Position numbers and translations under genes: made by a program. 64,000 bases of DNA from Opitutales bacterium (GTDB lineage Bacteria > Verrucomicrobiota > Verrucomicrobiia > Opitutales > JBHJGM01), in the NCBI GenBank assembly GCA_050331595.1, contig JBHJGQ010000012.1, positions 24,112 to 88,111 of the forward strand, written 5' to 3'. Position 1 is the first letter of the stretch, and each line of letters starts with the position of its first letter. This document shows positions 1 through 10,427 of this stretch, piece by piece. Under the pieces are notes generated by a model. That model was not told the DNA's origin. It saw only the letters and a list, made by a program, of their open reading frames with translations, and did not search any database.

Positions 1-717
1 CAGGGAATGCTGCTGCCGGCATCCTTTCCCAAAACCCGGCACCTGGAGATCGATGCCTGTTACCAGCCGGCCCAGAAAATTGGTGGTGACCTCTATGACA
101 TTCTCTCGCTGGAAGACGGGCGCTACGGCTTCGCCATCGCCGATGTTTCTGGCAAGGGCGTGCCCGCCTCGCTGCTCATGACCATCTGCCAGACGAACTT
201 CCGCCACTACGCGCGGCGCTTTGACTCGCCCGCGGAGGTGCTGCGCGCCCTTAACGCCGAGATCGCCGGTGAAATCCGCCAGGACATGTTCGTCACCATG
301 ACCTACGTGATCGTCGACACCGAACGCGAGGAGCTGACCTTTTCCCGCGCCGGGCACGAGCTGCCGCTGCTCCTGCAAAAGGACCCTTTCAACGGCGGGT
401 TCAACGCGCAGATGCTCCAGACCGAGGGCATGGCCGTGGGCATGGTCCCGCCGGAAGTCTTCGACGCCGTGCTGGTTGACAAAACCGTGCCCTTCCGCCC
501 CGGCGACATCCTGGTGCTCTACACCGACGGCGTCACCGAAGCGGCCAACCGCGAGGGGGCCGAGTTTTCCTCGGCGCGTCTGGCCGACGTCGTCAGCAGT
601 CTGCGTGACCGCTCCGCCCACGGCCTCAACCAAGGCATCATCGCCAGCGTCGAGCGCTTTGGTGGCACCACCGATCTCCTCGACGACCTCACCCTGATCG
701 CCGTCAAGCGGCTCTGA
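1..717 (+). CDS. PP2C/SpoIIE (RsbU-like) Ser/Thr phosphatase, 5'-truncated by the window edge
   Basis: GGDLYD, IADVSGKG, AGH, LYTDGVTEA and DDLT motifs; frame open from base 1 (QGMLLP). Confidence 0.92.
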   Translation, partial: QGMLLPASFPKTRHLEIDACYQPAQKIGGDLYDILSLEDGRYGFAIADVSGKGVPASLLMTICQTNFRHYARRFDSPAEVLRALNAEIAGEIRQDMFVTMTYVIVDTEREELTFSRAGHELPLLLQKDPFNGGFNAQMLQTEGMAVGMVPPEVFDAVLVDKTVPFRPGDILVLYTDGVTEAANREGAEFSSARLADVVSSLRDRSAHGLNQGIIASVERFGGTTDLLDDLTLIAVKRL

Positions 718-770
718 CCGTGGGCGCACATCGCGGTTGTTTTTGCGACGCAGCTGTATACGGTTGAACC

Positions 771-2006
771 ATGGCCAGCCAAGCTCTCGCCGACCCATTG
801 CCCACGCGCCTGCGCCTGCCCGATGAGGCCGGACGCTTTGGCGACTACGGAGGCCGTTTCGCGCCCGAAACGCTGATCACACCCCTGGAGGATTTGACCC
901 GTGCTTACCTCGAAGCCAGCGAGGACCCGCGCTTTGTCGACGCGCTTGCCTTTCACCTGCGCGAATTCGCCGGACGGCCCACCGGTCTGTACTTCGCCGA
1001 GGCGCTCACCGAGCATTGCGGCGGGGCAAAAATCTACTTTAAGCGCGAGGATCTGCTTCACACCGGCGCGCACAAGATCAACAACGTCCTCGGCCAGATT
1101 CTGCTGACCAAGCGAATGGGCAAACGCCGCGTGATTGCGGAAACCGGCGCGGGCCAGCACGGCACGGCAACCGCCGCCGCCGCCGCCCGTTTCGGCCTGG
1201 ACTGCACCATCTACATGGGCGCCGAAGACATGCGCCGGCAAGCGCTCAACGTCTACCGCATGCGCCTGTGCGGCGCTGAAGTGCGCGCCGTCGAGGCCGG
1301 CCAAAAAACCCTCAAGGAAGCTGTCAACGAGGCCATGCGCGACTGGGTGACCCACGTGCGCGACACGCACTACATCCTCGGCACGGCCTACGGCCCGCAT
1401 CCTTTTCCCATGATGGTGCGCAACTTCCACCGGGTCATCGGTCAGGAAGCTCGCGCGCAGATCCTCGAGCGCGAAGGACGTCTGCCCGACGAAATTTGCG
1501 CCTGCATCGGCGGCGGCAGTAATGCCATCGGGTTGTTCTTCGACTTTATCGACGACCCTCAGGTCAAGCTGGTCGGGGTCGAGGCCGGGGGCCGCACGCT
1601 CTCGCCCGGCGAACACGCCGCGCGCTTTGCCGGCGGCAAAGTCGGCATTCTTCAAGGCTGCAAGACCTACATCCTGCAGAATCCCGACGGGCAAATCGAA
1701 GGCACGCATTCCGTCTCGGCCGGGCTGGACTACGCGGCCATCGGGCCCGAACATGCTTACTATCACGATTCAGGGCGGATTCAGTACGGCTACACCACCG
1801 ACGACGAAGTCCTCGAAGCCTTCCAGCTGCTCTCACGGGTCGAGGGGATCATTCCCGCGCTGGAGTCGACCCATGCCATCGCCTACGCCGTCCGCCGTGC
1901 CCGCGAGCTTTCACCCGAGCAAATCCTGCTGGTCAACCTGAGCGGACGCGGCGACAAGGACGTGCAGGAAGCCGCCCGCCTTCTGGACGGTCACGCCCCC
2001 GCATGA
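771..2006 (+). CDS. trpB: tryptophan synthase beta chain
   Basis: [15 protein letters not shown] (PLP lysine), [32 protein letters not shown]. Confidence 0.98.
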   Translation: MASQALADPLPTRLRLPDEAGRFGDYGGRFAPETLITPLEDLTRAYLEASEDPRFVDALAFHLREFAGRPTGLYFAEALTEHCGGAKIYFKREDLLHTGAHKINNVLGQILLTKRMGKRRVIAETGAGQHGTATAAAAARFGLDCTIYMGAEDMRRQALNVYRMRLCGAEVRAVEAGQKTLKEAVNEAMRDWVTHVRDTHYILGTAYGPHPFPMMVRNFHRVIGQEARAQILEREGRLPDEICACIGGGSNAIGLFFDFIDDPQVKLVGVEAGGRTLSPGEHAARFAGGKVGILQGCKTYILQNPDGQIEGTHSVSAGLDYAAIGPEHAYYHDSGRIQYGYTTDDEVLEAFQLLSRVEGIIPALESTHAIAYAVRRARELSPEQILLVNLSGRGDKDVQEAARLLDGHAPA

Positions 2007-2878
2007 TGCGCAGCATGACCGGCTACGGGGGAGGCTCGGCTTCCCAACCACCGCTGGCGATCGGCGTCGAGGTTTCCTCTGTCAATCGGCGCAATCTCGA
2101 AGTCGCGCTCACCGTCCCTCGCGAGTGGCAGGCGCTTGAAAAACGCGTCACCGAACAGGCTCGTGAGCGTTTCGTCCGTGGCAAAATTTCGGTGGCCATC
2201 CGTGTCGACCGCGACAACGACAGCGCCGGACTTTCCTGGGATGATGCCGAACTCACGCGCACCCTCGAGCGCCTGAAGCAAACCGCGCACACCCTCGGAC
2301 TGCCATTTGAGCCCGACGTCGACGCCCTCATCCGGCTTGTGCTCTCACAGGCGGGCGGCACCGATCTGCCCGAACTCGAACCGTTTCAAAACATTGTCGA
2401 GCAGGCCGTCGACGAAGCTTTCGCCCAGCTCTTGCAAATGCGCACGAACGAGGGAGCGGCCCTGCGCGCGGACCTGGAGCAGCGCCTCGGACGTCTGGGC
2501 GAGGCCCACGACGCCATCTCCGAAGACGCCCCCGGCTCCGTCGAGCGCTATCGCGAAGTCCTTTTCCAGCGCCTGCGTCAGGCCGGTCTCGAAATCGATC
2601 TGCAGGACGAGCGCGTGCTGCGTGAAATCGCCCTCTTTGCCGACCGCTGCGACATCTCCGAGGAACTCACCCGTCTGCGCAGTCACCTCGATCAGGGCCT
2701 GTCGATGCTCGATGAGAGCGAGCCGGTCGGGCGCAAGCTCGACTTTCTCTGCCAGGAAATTCACCGCGAGTTGAACACCATCGGCAGCAAGGCCAACAAC
2801 CTTTCGATCACCCGTACGGTCATCGAAGCCAAGAACGAACTCGAGCGCTTCCGCGAGCAGGTTCAGAATGTCGAGTGA
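2003..2878 (+). CDS. yicC: YicC/YloC family endoribonuclease
   Basis: MRSMTGYG start, [43 protein letters not shown] end. Confidence 0.95.
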   Translation: MMRSMTGYGGGSASQPPLAIGVEVSSVNRRNLEVALTVPREWQALEKRVTEQARERFVRGKISVAIRVDRDNDSAGLSWDDAELTRTLERLKQTAHTLGLPFEPDVDALIRLVLSQAGGTDLPELEPFQNIVEQAVDEAFAQLLQMRTNEGAALRADLEQRLGRLGEAHDAISEDAPGSVERYREVLFQRLRQAGLEIDLQDERVLREIALFADRCDISEELTRLRSHLDQGLSMLDESEPVGRKLDFLCQEIHRELNTIGSKANNLSITRTVIEAKNELERFREQVQNVE

Positions 2879-4343
2879 GGGCAGGGTAGCGGTCATCGGC
2901 GGGGGCCTGGCGGGACTGTCGGCCGCCATCCACCTGCGAGCCCGCGGCCACGACGTCACGCTCTTCGAAAAAAACGAGCGCGTCGGCGGCAAGTGCAACC
3001 TGATCGAGCACGAAGGCCATCGCTTCGACACCGGTCCCTCGCTGCTGACCCTGCCCGATGTGCTGCGCTCGGTCTTCGAGGTGGCGGGCCACCGCCTGGA
3101 GGATCACCTGGACCTGGTCCGTCTGAGCCCGGCTTGCCGCTACTTTTTTGCCGACAGACTCACCTTCGATGCACCGGGCAGTCACGAAGGTTTTCGCGAG
3201 GGCGTGGCGCAGACGTTCCCCGATGCCCTCGACGACTTCGACCGTTTCTGGCGCTTTTCCAAAAACCTCTGGCAGGGCGCCGGACGACTGTTTTTGTTTC
3301 ACCCGTTTGAGGCGCGCACGCTCTTCAAAGTTTCGCCGCTGCAAGCCCTGGCCGGCTTGAAAGCCCTGCGACCCTGGACCCTGCGCCTGTGCCTGGAGCA
3401 TCACTTTAGCGAGCCGCACCTGCTCCAATTGTTCTCGCGCTACGCCACCTACAATGGCTCGGACCCCTGGCGCACGCCCGCCACCTTTGCCGTGATTGCC
3501 TATGCCGAAATGGCCTTCGGTTCCTGGCACCCGCGCGGGGGGCTTTACGCGATGGTGCAAGCCCTGGAAAACCTGGCCCGCCAAAGCGGTGTGGACATCC
3601 GCACCGAGGAGTGCGTATGCGAAGTTGTCTTTCAGCGCGGACGGGTCACCGCCGTCGAAACCGAGCGTAGTGGAAGCATGGATACGGCAGGGGTGGTCGT
3701 CGCGGCCGACGCCGTTGCCGCGCTCACCGGCGAACTCCTCGCACAGCATCCCGACGCAGCCGCGGCCCAAAAGCGCTACGCCAAGGTGGAGGCCTCCGGC
3801 AGCGGGTACGTTCGTTTGATCGCGCTGCGCCAGCCACGTCCCGAGCTGGCCTGCCACAACGTCTTTTTCTGCGAGGATTACCGCCGCGAGTTCGACGAGA
3901 TCTTCGACCAAGCCAAGCCCCTGACCGACCCCACAATCTATGTGTCGGTGCCTTCGAAGGTGGACGCAACCGTCGCTCCGCCGGGCACCGAAAACTGGTT
4001 CGTGCTGGTCAACGCTCCCTCCCTCGATCGACACGCAAACTGGCCCGAAGGCTACGGAGGCGAGGTCGACGCACAGCTTTGGCAACGGTTGGGCATCCCG
4101 CCCGGTGGTCAGGTGCACTGGACGCACGACCTCCCGCCCACCTTTTTGAGGGACCGCTACCACGCCTGGCACGGGTCCATCTACGGGCCCAGTTCCAACG
4201 GGCTGACCAGCGCCTTCCAGCGCGTGCGCAATCGCAGCCGAGTGCGTGGGCTGGCCTTTGCCGGCGGCAGCGCGCATCCGGGCGGCGGCATCCCGCTCGC
4301 CCTGCTCAGTGGCCGCATGGCCGCTGAAGCGCTCAGGCTCTAG
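2868..4343 (+). CDS. phytoene desaturase family FAD oxidoreductase (CrtI/CrtD-like)
   Basis: VIGGGLAGL, FDTGPSLLT, RYATYNGS, GSIYG, GGSAHPGGGIPLALLSG; overlaps the yicC stop. Confidence 0.9.
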   Translation: MSSEGRVAVIGGGLAGLSAAIHLRARGHDVTLFEKNERVGGKCNLIEHEGHRFDTGPSLLTLPDVLRSVFEVAGHRLEDHLDLVRLSPACRYFFADRLTFDAPGSHEGFREGVAQTFPDALDDFDRFWRFSKNLWQGAGRLFLFHPFEARTLFKVSPLQALAGLKALRPWTLRLCLEHHFSEPHLLQLFSRYATYNGSDPWRTPATFAVIAYAEMAFGSWHPRGGLYAMVQALENLARQSGVDIRTEECVCEVVFQRGRVTAVETERSGSMDTAGVVVAADAVAALTGELLAQHPDAAAAQKRYAKVEASGSGYVRLIALRQPRPELACHNVFFCEDYRREFDEIFDQAKPLTDPTIYVSVPSKVDATVAPPGTENWFVLVNAPSLDRHANWPEGYGGEVDAQLWQRLGIPPGGQVHWTHDLPPTFLRDRYHAWHGSIYGPSSNGLTSAFQRVRNRSRVRGLAFAGGSAHPGGGIPLALLSGRMAAEALRL

Positions 4344-5044
4344 CGCGACTTCGCAGCCGCCTTGAGGTGTTCGCCACGTACGTAGCTGCGGCCCAGTAGC
4401 GTCTGCAAATCCTTCTGGTAGGCATTGACCACCTTGGGTGGACCGGCGTGACGGATGACCAAAAGGCATTCGTCCAGCAGCACGATGTAATCGCGCACGG
4501 CGAAGGTCGTTTCCTCGACCGTCACGGTATAATCCACAAAACACCACGCGTGGTCAAAAATGTGCGGGGCTCGACGCGGGCGGAAGTTTTCCGGGTTCAC
4601 CAGCTTGAGCTTCTCGCCCAGGTTCGCCTGCAGACCAGCCATGTAGCCCTGGATGGAGGCGTCCTTCAGATCGCTCAGGAACTCGTCCTGGGCAAAGTAG
4701 GTGAAGGACAACCGGTGGGCCTTGTTGCGCAGGTTGACCAGCGCCAGGGACTCCTGCGGCGACTTGTCGGCCTGTTTCCAGCCACCGGGCACGGGCATGG
4801 CCGCCTGCAGCTTGGCCGCATCCAGCCACAGTTCCTTCACCGGAATCTGGTCGTACAGGTAGCTGCGCAAGGTCGCGACCACCTCCGGGCGCGCCGCGGT
4901 GGGCCACGCGATGGGGGCGGTAACCACCTCGGAGCTGTTGACTTCAGGGGCCGCGTCGCTGGTGGCATCCGACTGCGCGGTTTGCGCCGCCAGAGCCGTT
5001 ACCAGGACAGGCCACAGGAACACAGTAAGGAGCAGTTGCTTCAT
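4340..5044 (-). CDS. exported hypothetical protein, last gene of the minor-pilin cassette
   Basis: Start chosen at ATG 5044, which gives a signal peptide (MKQLLLTVFLWPVLVTALAA-Q); begins 2 nt after the upstream stop. Confidence 0.65.
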   Translation of the reverse strand: MKQLLLTVFLWPVLVTALAAQTAQSDATSDAAPEVNSSEVVTAPIAWPTAARPEVVATLRSYLYDQIPVKELWLDAAKLQAAMPVPGGWKQADKSPQESLALVNLRNKAHRLSFTYFAQDEFLSDLKDASIQGYMAGLQANLGEKLKLVNPENFRPRRAPHIFDHAWCFVDYTVTVEETTFAVRDYIVLLDECLLVIRHAGPPKVVNAYQKDLQTLLGRSYVRGEHLKAAAKSR

Positions 5045-5046
5045 GT

Positions 5047-7488
5047 TCAGGAATTCTCTGGCGGTTGAATGCTGTCCCATTCCGCAGGAAGGTTCGCGAG
5101 TTCGGTGGCCCACTCGGTGCGTGAGAGCGACTCGTAGTCGACCTTGCGGAACGAACGCACGTTGGGCGTTCCGGGCGGGTAGTTGCCCTTTTCAAACTCG
5201 TTGTAAAAGCCCCAGTCGCGACGCGGCGGGCTGTAGTAGCTGGTGCTGATGCCTTCGGCGGCCAGTTCGCTCTCAAACAGCGCGACCATCGACCCGCGGT
5301 AGCGGAAGGTGTCGCCGCTCCAGCTTTCCAGGAAACGCGGAAAATTGTGGTTTCCGCCGCTCTGCACACTCGTGTCACCGCCTTTGAGCGAGGGCACCAG
5401 GCCGGTCAGAATGGCCGCGTTGAACTCGGTGTTCGCAGCGTTGCGACCGCCGGTACCGCCCTTGGACTTGGTGATGTCCCAGTTGTCCGAAAGCACCGTG
5501 ATCGAGTCCGCCGCGAGGGCCGCCGGTGCGTTGGGCGCGCTGGCGTTGTCGGGCTCCGCGTTGGTGCCGGTGTTCAGGTCGCCGTCAGCGTTGAAGTGGC
5601 CCTGCACGTACATCGCATTGTTGGTGGCCAGAGTCAGACCCCGGTCGCGATTCGGGCGCGGTTGCCCGCTGGCGTGGTTGTAATTGTAATCCGGGTCGGG
5701 AATCTCGGCGGCGTTGGTCACCCAAAGCCCGCCCGAGGTATCATCGGCCGGCACAATTTTGTCCGAGCGGCCTGGACCCGAGCCGGTCGTGTCCGAGGCG
5801 AATTCCACGTAGACAATGCCGTTGTAATCGTCGACCGGATCGTAGGTGCTGTTCTGCCACAGCGAAAAGTCCTGGTTGGTGGTGCCGTCGCCGTCGGGAT
5901 CGTAGGTGTCATCGACCACCTTGCGGAACTCCTGCATGTCCAGCTCGACCAGGTCCAGGCCCTTGTTCCGGCGCTTGTCGAAGAACGAACTCTCCGGGTC
6001 ACCGTCACCATCCTCGGCATACTCGTGCGCGGTCAAGATGGCCTGAGCGGCCGCGGCGTCGATTTCCACCGGCACTTCCTCCACCTCGTAGATCTTGGCG
6101 TTGTAAGGATTGCCCGCCTCGTCGGTCAGGGTCACCTCCGCGCTATTGGATTCCAGCAGCTGCGGATCCATCTTGCTGGTCGGCACGCCGGAGGGCGGCG
6201 TCTCGCGCTGAATCTTGTTGAAGGTGACCCAGCGGCTCGAATCGTTGCCATCCTGGTCCTTCAAACGGACCGCGTGCGACAAGCCTGGATCGCCCTCGTG
6301 TATGCGAATGTTCAACCCCGACTTGTACGAGAACTTCGAGGTTTCCCCGCCCACCTTGTGGTTCGGGCTGGAGACCGACATCGTCGGCTCGATGATCGCG
6401 TAGCCGAAGTTGAGATCGTCGCCGATCACGCTGGGCGTGGACGGATCGTCGGCCACATAGTTGCTGTAGCCCACCGGGTTGAGCGACGGGGTGTCGTGTT
6501 CTCCGGTCTGCAGGTTGTTGCTCCAGCGGTTGGAGGCAAACTCGCGCCAGTTCGCGTAACCGGAGCCGTCGAAGTCGTCGTGACCGGTGTCCGCGTCGGA
6601 ATACGAGCGGCTGTCGTAATAACTGGTGGCCTGCGTCAGCGAGCCGTTGCCTTTGTAAAAGTGCTGCCAGTTGCCGCCGGCGTCTTGAATGTACACGTTG
6701 TTGGCCTTCTGACCGCTGTTGAAGCTGCCCCAGTCATCGGGCGAGTTTTTCATGCCCACCAGCGCGCGTTCAGATGAGGTGACCACACCGTGGAAATGCA
6801 ACGAGCTGACCGCAGCAAAGTAGATGTCGCCGTTGGCGTGCACGGGCCCGTTCATTTCCATTGCCGGACCCGGGTGAAACTCCAGGTCCATGTTGTAGAA
6901 CACCGCGTGCGAAAACAGTGGCGCGTCGCGCAACTGAAAGGTCGCCTTCGCGTAGGACGTCACCGGGGACATGTTGGGACGCGACGCCGTGGCCGTGGCG
7001 TACACGTGCACGTCGCGCACAAAGACGCGCTTGCCCTTGTGCGGGTCGTCCTGATTGGCCGGGTCGTTCGGGTCGACGTAAAAGCTGACGGTTTCCTCAG
7101 GGACGATGCCGCCCACGATCGAGAACTCGTCCGACGACACATTCGTGCCGTTGTACATTCCCAAAAAGGTGTTGTCGAAGGCCAGCGGGTTGTTGCCCGG
7201 GGCCAGTTCAGTATCCGTAAACGAGGTCTGGGTGTTCCAGCGCGTTTGCAGCTCGGAAATACCCATTTCCAGGGCCGATTCCGCCGCGTTGCGCACCTCC
7301 TGGTTGAGCAGGTGACGCTCGTTGACGATTTGCTCCGACACGCCCCAGTCCAGGACGCTGGCGATGATCAGCCCGACGATGGTCGTGAGCATGATCACGG
7401 TGATCAACGCCGAACCGCGGCGGGCGCGTCCGGCGGGCAGGTGGGCAGCAGGTGCAGAGGCAGCTTGGCTATTGGATGATGTCTTCAT
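5047..7488 (-). CDS. PilX/GspK-type prepilin N-terminus fused to a large adhesin-like domain (813 aa)
   Basis: RRG|SALITVIML hydrophobic helix without Glu5, AAESALE motif, acidic DxDGDG loops, C-terminal GGNHNFPRFLESW...YYSPPRRDWGF. Confidence 0.8.
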   Translation of the reverse strand: MKTSSNSQAASAPAAHLPAGRARRGSALITVIMLTTIVGLIIASVLDWGVSEQIVNERHLLNQEVRNAAESALEMGISELQTRWNTQTSFTDTELAPGNNPLAFDNTFLGMYNGTNVSSDEFSIVGGIVPEETVSFYVDPNDPANQDDPHKGKRVFVRDVHVYATATASRPNMSPVTSYAKATFQLRDAPLFSHAVFYNMDLEFHPGPAMEMNGPVHANGDIYFAAVSSLHFHGVVTSSERALVGMKNSPDDWGSFNSGQKANNVYIQDAGGNWQHFYKGNGSLTQATSYYDSRSYSDADTGHDDFDGSGYANWREFASNRWSNNLQTGEHDTPSLNPVGYSNYVADDPSTPSVIGDDLNFGYAIIEPTMSVSSPNHKVGGETSKFSYKSGLNIRIHEGDPGLSHAVRLKDQDGNDSSRWVTFNKIQRETPPSGVPTSKMDPQLLESNSAEVTLTDEAGNPYNAKIYEVEEVPVEIDAAAAQAILTAHEYAEDGDGDPESSFFDKRRNKGLDLVELDMQEFRKVVDDTYDPDGDGTTNQDFSLWQNSTYDPVDDYNGIVYVEFASDTTGSGPGRSDKIVPADDTSGGLWVTNAAEIPDPDYNYNHASGQPRPNRDRGLTLATNNAMYVQGHFNADGDLNTGTNAEPDNASAPNAPAALAADSITVLSDNWDITKSKGGTGGRNAANTEFNAAILTGLVPSLKGGDTSVQSGGNHNFPRFLESWSGDTFRYRGSMVALFESELAAEGISTSYYSPPRRDWGFYNEFEKGNYPPGTPNVRSFRKVDYESLSRTEWATELANLPAEWDSIQPPENS

Positions 7489-7490
7489 GG

Positions 7491-8186
7491 CTAACCCCTT
7501 GTTGAGATGGTAAAGTTGTACGTGTTGGTCACGCGCTTGGCGGCGTTGCCGTGCACGATCTTCCCGTTAATCATCACGCTCTTGTTCCAGAAGTTGTAAA
7601 AGAGGCGGCCATCGGCCAGACCCTCGGAGAGTTCGATGACCTCATGGTGGGAGCCCGAAGTGCCCGCGTGGGCCTGGATCAGATCTTCCACTTCCCCGAA
7701 ACGATCGGTAGAAGGAATCGCGACATCGAATTTGCGCACCGGTCCCTCGCTGCTCGGGTCCAGCGGGTCGGCGGGCGAGCGATAGTAGCCGATCAGCCGT
7801 TCGATGGGCCGGCGTTGCTCGATGCGCCCATCGGCGTCCAACTCGGCACTGCCCTGAAAGACCAGCAGCATGAAATCGCCGGAGTTGGACTCGCCCAGGC
7901 GGTCATCGGCGGCGTTGCAATCGACCGCGTCGAAGGACGCATACAGCAGCGCCAGGTTGGCTTCGCGCGCGAAGACCGTCATCTCCTGGGTGATCTTGCG
8001 AATGTCGGCGTTGATCTCGTTCTTCTGGCTGCTGACGAAGGAGCTCTCCGTCATCTCCGAGAAAAAGCCCAGCGCCATGAACACGGTCACCAGAGTGATG
8101 AACAGCGCGATCATCACCTCCACGAGGGTGAAGCCGCGGCGGGTCCGGCCACGCCGGATCGAAAGGTTGGGGGATACTTGCATCAC
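7491..8186 (-). CDS. type IV minor pilin / pseudopilin (PilW-like)
   Basis: Class III signal RRG|FTLVEVMIAL. Confidence 0.85.
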   Translation of the reverse strand: MMQVSPNLSIRRGRTRRGFTLVEVMIALFITLVTVFMALGFFSEMTESSFVSSQKNEINADIRKITQEMTVFAREANLALLYASFDAVDCNAADDRLGESNSGDFMLLVFQGSAELDADGRIEQRRPIERLIGYYRSPADPLDPSSEGPVRKFDVAIPSTDRFGEVEDLIQAHAGTSGSHHEVIELSEGLADGRLFYNFWNKSVMINGKIVHGNAAKRVTNTYNFTISTRG

Positions 8187-8206
8187 GGTAGGGCGTCGAC
8201 GCGCCG

Positions 8207-8794
8207 TTAGTCGTTGATGTGGGTCGTCACCATGCGCACGCTGCCGCTGCGCAGTTCACGCACGGCCAGAATGTTCGGCGACTGGTACTCGAAATCCAAG
8301 ACGGTCTGGTAAGTCCGCTGGCCAACCTGGGTGACGTTCAGGTCGAACCAGACATCCAGGAGCAGCTCCTGCGCATCGCCCGCTTCGTCGGGCTGCAGGT
8401 CGACCAGGATGGTCTTTAGGTTGGTGGCGGCACGGCCACTGGGGCTCGTATCCGATCCGGTCAAAAAGAGGGGGTCGGCGATTTCAATCACGCCGGTGGC
8501 CTGCGCCGAAACGCTCATGGTAGGCACAGGGGTGCCGTTCGGGTTGGCCAGCGCCGCTTGCAGCTCGTCCGCGCTCATACTCTTGATCTGCTCCAGGTAT
8601 CCCTGGGCCACCGTAAAGGCGGTGTTGCGCACGATGTTGCTTTCGGCCAGACGGCGTGCCTGAAAGACGCCTGCGGTCAGGCCCAGCGCCAGCAGCATGA
8701 AAATCGCCATGGCGATCATCATCTCCATCAGCGTGAAGGCATCGCGGCGACGGGCGCGACGTCCACGGGGGAACGGACGGAATGGGTTGTTCAT
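8207..8794 (-). CDS. type IV minor pilin / pseudopilin (PilV-like)
   Basis: Class III signal RRRDA|FTLMEMMIAMAI; AQGYLEQIK motif. Confidence 0.85.
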   Translation of the reverse strand: MNNPFRPFPRGRRARRRDAFTLMEMMIAMAIFMLLALGLTAGVFQARRLAESNIVRNTAFTVAQGYLEQIKSMSADELQAALANPNGTPVPTMSVSAQATGVIEIADPLFLTGSDTSPSGRAATNLKTILVDLQPDEAGDAQELLLDVWFDLNVTQVGQRTYQTVLDFEYQSPNILAVRELRSGSVRMVTTHIND

Positions 8795-9055
8795 GGTCGC
8801 TCAACGGTTTGGCAAAAAGGTATAGGTCCGGTGACGCTGCCAGACGCCCAGGACCGCGCCGCGACGGCTTTTGCGGCTCATCTATAATCGACCGCCGGCG
8901 GCCAGACTTTGTCGCTCGATCGCTGAAAATCGTTGTCTTACCGGTGCTTTACGGATACCTCGCCCAGATTCCCCTGACATGGTCTCCGCACAATCCCCGA
9001 ACCAACGGCCAATGCCTCCTGAGTTGAGAGGCGGGGCGCAAGCGCCCCAAGATCC

Positions 9056-9922
9056 ATGACGCTGCAAGGCTCCGAACGTCGGCAGCGTCCCTACGCCTTC
9101 CGGGTCGTCTTGATCTGGTTCGCGGCCTGGGTGCTGGTCGGGCTGGTCATCCTGGGCAGTGGCTCGCCGCCGCTCTTCGGCCCGATTGAGGACTTCATCT
9201 TCATCGCCCTGGCCGCAACGCTGGTCTTCGCGGATTTGGCTCAACGGCTGACCCTTCCGGGTGCCCTCAAGGCCTTTGCCCTCGTCACCATCGTTTCGAG
9301 CATCATCGAGTATCTGGGCGCGACCACGGGCGTTCCCTTCGGCGTCTACGCCTACACAGACCGTTTCGGGCCGCAGCTGGGCTCCATCCTGCCAGTGGCC
9401 ATCCCCCTGGCGTGGTTCGTGGTGGTGATGCCGCCGTACCTGGCCCTGGAACTCAAGCTGGCCCGCTCGATGACCGGAGCGACCATCCTGGCATTGGTCA
9501 CCGGGTTTGCCGCCATGCTCGTTGATGTTGGCCTGGAACCGGTCGCCACGCTCGCCCGTAGCTACTGGCAGTGGCAACCCGACCAGGCCGCCAGTTTCTA
9601 CTACGACGTACCCCTGCAGAATTTCTTTGGCTGGTGGGCCACGGGTACGTTCATCGCGGCCGGTCTGCGCTGGCTGCTGCGCGAACCCCGCCTGCGTCCC
9701 CCCGCCGGTCGACAGTTTCCCGCGCTGCCGTTTCTGGTGCTGATGAGCGTTCTGGCGACCTTCCTCGCGGGCGCCATCGGCGCGAAGCTTTGGCTGGCGT
9801 GCTTTGTCCTGGCGGGACTGCTCCTCTTCTATACGGCGTGGATGCTGGCGGCCGCGCCACGTCCCCTGGTTTTGGTCTATCGCCAGTGGAAGGGTCTACC
9901 GGCAGCACCAGGGTTAGGGTGA
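9056..9922 (+). CDS. carotenoid biosynthesis membrane protein (CruF/DUF422-like 1,2-hydratase)
   Basis: EYLGATTGVPFGVYAYT, PVAIPLAWF, DVGLEPVA, YWQW, VPLQNFFGW motifs. Confidence 0.82.
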   Translation: MTLQGSERRQRPYAFRVVLIWFAAWVLVGLVILGSGSPPLFGPIEDFIFIALAATLVFADLAQRLTLPGALKAFALVTIVSSIIEYLGATTGVPFGVYAYTDRFGPQLGSILPVAIPLAWFVVVMPPYLALELKLARSMTGATILALVTGFAAMLVDVGLEPVATLARSYWQWQPDQAASFYYDVPLQNFFGWWATGTFIAAGLRWLLREPRLRPPAGRQFPALPFLVLMSVLATFLAGAIGAKLWLACFVLAGLLLFYTAWMLAAAPRPLVLVYRQWKGLPAAPGLG

Positions 9923-10418
9923 TGTACAGAAAAACCCCGCAGACGATCCCGATGTCAGCCACGTTGAACGTCGGCCAGGGGTAGTCGATGACGGGGATCA
10001 GCACGTCTAGAAAATCCACCACGTAGCCGCGCACCACACGGTCGATCAGGTTACCCACGATGCCCCCCAGCAACAGTCCGATCGCAATCCGGTAGGGCAG
10101 ACGCTCCAGGCCCAGATGCGCACGAAAGGACCACAACCCTGCCAGGGCCACGAAACCCAGGCCGACCAGAAGCCAGCGTGCCCCGCTCAGCAGCGAGAAT
10201 GCCGCCCCGGTGTTGTGCACGTGATGCAACCAGAAAAAGCCGTCCCACACGACCACCGCTTCGCCTAAGGCCAGCGACTGGTCCACCCACAGCTTTGTCA
10301 GCTGGTCCAGCACCGCCCAGACGGTGCCCAAAATCAACGGCAGACACCACTGTCGACGCGACGTGAACCTCGACGTCGGTCCATCGGCAAAGCCGTTGAG
10401 CGTCTCGGGCCTGTCCAA
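9651..10418 (-). CDS. lspA: lipoprotein signal peptidase II with a long C-terminal extension
   Basis: DQLTK, NTGAAFS, GNLIDR, VVDFL, WPTFNVAD. Confidence 0.92.
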   Translation of the reverse strand: MDRPETLNGFADGPTSRFTSRRQWCLPLILGTVWAVLDQLTKLWVDQSLALGEAVVVWDGFFWLHHVHNTGAAFSLLSGARWLLVGLGFVALAGLWSFRAHLGLERLPYRIAIGLLLGGIVGNLIDRVVRGYVVDFLDVLIPVIDYPWPTFNVADIGIVCGVFLYITLTLVLPVDPSTGDRPKPGDVARPPASTPYRRGAVPPGQSTPAKASRRWRPRGRSPERSSAPETAARETVDRRGDAGGVRAAASADRPR

Positions 10419-10427
10419 GACGCGTCC

